From NCBI GenBank assembly GCA_002269645.1, contig NIVC01000001.1, forward strand, positions 2,170,001-2,234,000: a stretch of 64,000 nt of DNA, read 5' to 3'. How positions within the stretch are numbered: position 1 is the first letter of the stretch; every line of letters begins with the position of its first letter. A program made the position numbers and the translations under genes. Source of the DNA: Macrostomum lignano (lineage: Eukaryota). The notes beneath the pieces were generated by a model. That model was not told where the DNA came from, made no database searches, and worked only from the letters and a program-made list of their open reading frames with translations. Below, piece after piece: positions 61,917 to 64,000 of the stretch.

Positions 61917-62065
61917 CTCGAGTGCCAAAATCAATGTAATTCCTCGAGTGCCAAAATCAATGTAATTCCTCGAGTGCCAAAATCAATGTAATTCCTCGAG
62001 TGCCAAAATCAATATAATTCCTCGAGTGCCAAAATCAATGTAATTCCTCGAGTGCCAAAATCAAT
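61917..62065. repeat. 26-bp tandem repeat, about 5.7 copies
   Basis: CTCGAGTGCCAAAATCAATGTAATTC; AGTGCC starts at 61921, 61947, 61973, 61999, 62025 and 62051. Confidence 0.92.
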
Positions 62066-62832
62066 ATCAACGATGCGCCCTAATAATAAAATCAGTTTTA
62101 TAACAATGACGAAATCCTCCAGAAAGAGCGTCTTCTTCTAGAAATAACGGAATCGGAGTCGTGTGCTTCTATCAGTTACTCTAGGGTAACAAAATCAATC
62201 AAATCAATAATCCTCTAAGAGTATCAGAATCGGTCCGCAGATCCTATCCAATCCCTTAGGAAAATGGGAGGCCTCAAATTCAATGAACTCAGTTAAATCA
62301 ACTGATCTGTAACGGCCGGCAATAAAATCGCTTTCAGTAATCCAAACAACAAAGGCTCGAACAAAGGCCCACCAATTGGTTTACTTCTCCCTCAGAGATG
62401 TAGCCTCGAGTAGCTTCTGCAGTAAGCTCAAGATGTTTTGAGGCTGCTCCGAGTCTGAGATTTCAGCTCGGATTTTTCGTTTGTATTTATACACAATTTG
62501 TCGGCCTTGAGTCGACCTTGAGCTCAAAACCGGTTTTTTGATGAGTTTACGAAAGAAATCTTTTATTTGACAGGTGGGGTTTTTGAATAGAAAAGGGTGA
62601 GATTTGGGTGAAAAGGGTGAAAGGGTGACATTTACCATATTTGGAAGTTCTAAAAATAGATGTCGAGAACCGGTTTTTCGGACAATAGCATAGACACTCG
62701 CTGTTTGCGTGATATTACTGGTATTACTAAAAATATAGTATGACGCACAGCTATTTTTAAATTTGTATTCATAGTTTTATCTTACTACTTTTAGTAGGCT
62801 ACCATGTTTGGAGATCTCTACAAGAGTGGGAA

Positions 62833-63410
62833 AGGGCGGGAGAGGGCGGGAGAGAGCGGGAGAGAGCGGGAGAGAGCGGGAGAGAGCGGGAGAGAGCGGG
62901 AGAGAGCGGGAGAGAGCGGGAGAGAGCGGGAGAGAGCGGGAGAGAGCGGGAGAGGGCGGGAGAGAGAGGGATAGAGCGGGAGAGAGCGGGAGAGAGCGGG
63001 AGAGAGCGGGAGAGAGAGAGGGAGAGAGCGGGAGAGAGAGAGGGAGAGAGCGGGAGAGAGCGGGAGAGGGCGGGAGAGAGCGGGAGAGAGCGGGAGAGAG
63101 AGAGGGAGAGAGCGGGAGAGAGAGAGGGAGAGAGCGAGAGAGAGCGGGAGAGGGCGGGAGAGAGCGGGAGAGAGCGGGAGAGAGAGAGGGAGAGAGCGGG
63201 AGAGAGAGAGGGAGAGAGCGGAAGAGGGCGGGAGAGAGTGAAGAGTTTGATCGGGTGGTGATCAGTCGCCCGGAAGAGAGGCCGGGAGAGGGCGGGAGAG
63301 GACGGGAGAGAGCGGGAGAGGGCGGGAGAGGCCGGGAGAGGCCGGGAGAGGGCGGGAGAGGACGGGAGAGGCCGGGAGAGGGCGGGAGAGGCCGGGAGAG
63401 GCCGGGAGAG
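62833..63410. repeat. Purine-rich (GAGAGCGGGA)n / (GAGAGGCCGG)n minisatellite, array 2
   Basis: Direct reading. Interrupted at 63236-63272 by a unique 37-mer. Confidence 0.92.
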
Positions 63411-64000
63411 GTCAGGCCTAAATCCATGAAGCCAGAATCGGAACCAAGAACGGGGGGTCACAGAAACGGCGCAGTTTGGCAGTCCAAACTTGCAGGCAGG
63501 AAGGGTGGAACTGTTTGCAGTGGATTGAAAATAGAACATACAACGTTGAACCTCTGCATTCTCTGTGCCTCCTAAATTTCTTTTCTCGCCAACGCGTCTA
63601 TCGGCAGATTTTTCAGGCCTGTTGCCTCATTTAAACAAAGAAGATCTGAGGACAGGAAGAGGTAAACCGAAGCTTGTGAGGGGTGGGGGGTGTCCTCGCG
63701 CAGCGGGATTATAGTCGAGTGAGGGGATTTCTAAGCGAGACTGGCAGAGAAACAGCTACGGAGAGGAGTAAGGCAGCGACACCAGCGGGCGTAGCTCTTG
63801 GGGATTGCGAATTTCGTACTTTCGGATCCGGAGAGGAAAATGCAAGCTCGCGCGGGTCATTCGGATCTGGAGGGGGAGAGGGGATCCTCATTGGCTGTCC
63901 GCGTCAGTTTGTTCCCGGCAAGGCGCAGGATAAAACTTCTGGTTCCTGGAAACTAGTCAGGAAGTGATTTCGGGCGACATCCTGCACAACCGACTGTCTG

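Noticed and set aside
61458-63575. Low-complexity ORFs (ERERAGESG / SPALSRSLPL)
   Set aside because: They are translations of the 10-bp purine minisatellites.
63600-64000. GC-rich right end with short ORFs
   Set aside because: No recognisable motif and truncated by the window edge.

Overview
Eukaryotic (metazoan) genomic DNA, most plausibly the flatworm Macrostomum lignano. That identity is inferred from gene style, repeat content and a near-match to its spliced-leader sequence as I recall it. Layout: (1) 46-9022, minus strand: the first ten exons of an usherin (USH2A-like) gene, continuing off the left edge. (2) A plus-strand tandem cluster of three BTB-BACK-Kelch (KLHL10-like) paralogs: A at 10252-16694, with a deleted Gypsy element in intron 1; B at 19319-21526; C at 29609-60678. 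(3) A Bel/Pao LTR retrotransposon (24162-29282, TSD GTACC) with an unbroken gag-PR-RT-RH ORF but no integrase; its LTR carries a spliced-leader-like 44-mer. (4) The single intron of paralog C is 29.2 kb long: about 18.7 kb of (GATA)n satellite plus seven tandem copies of a roughly 1.05-1.6 kb non-coding element. Each copy carries a minimal type I hammerhead ribozyme motif on the minus strand, as in Penelope pLTRs and retrozymes, and one copy holds a nested hAT MITE. (5) Minisatellites, LINE 3' fragments and a possible orphan exon. The best candidates for new biology are the hammerhead element embedded in GATA satellite inside a giant intron, and the SL-like sequence inside an LTR.
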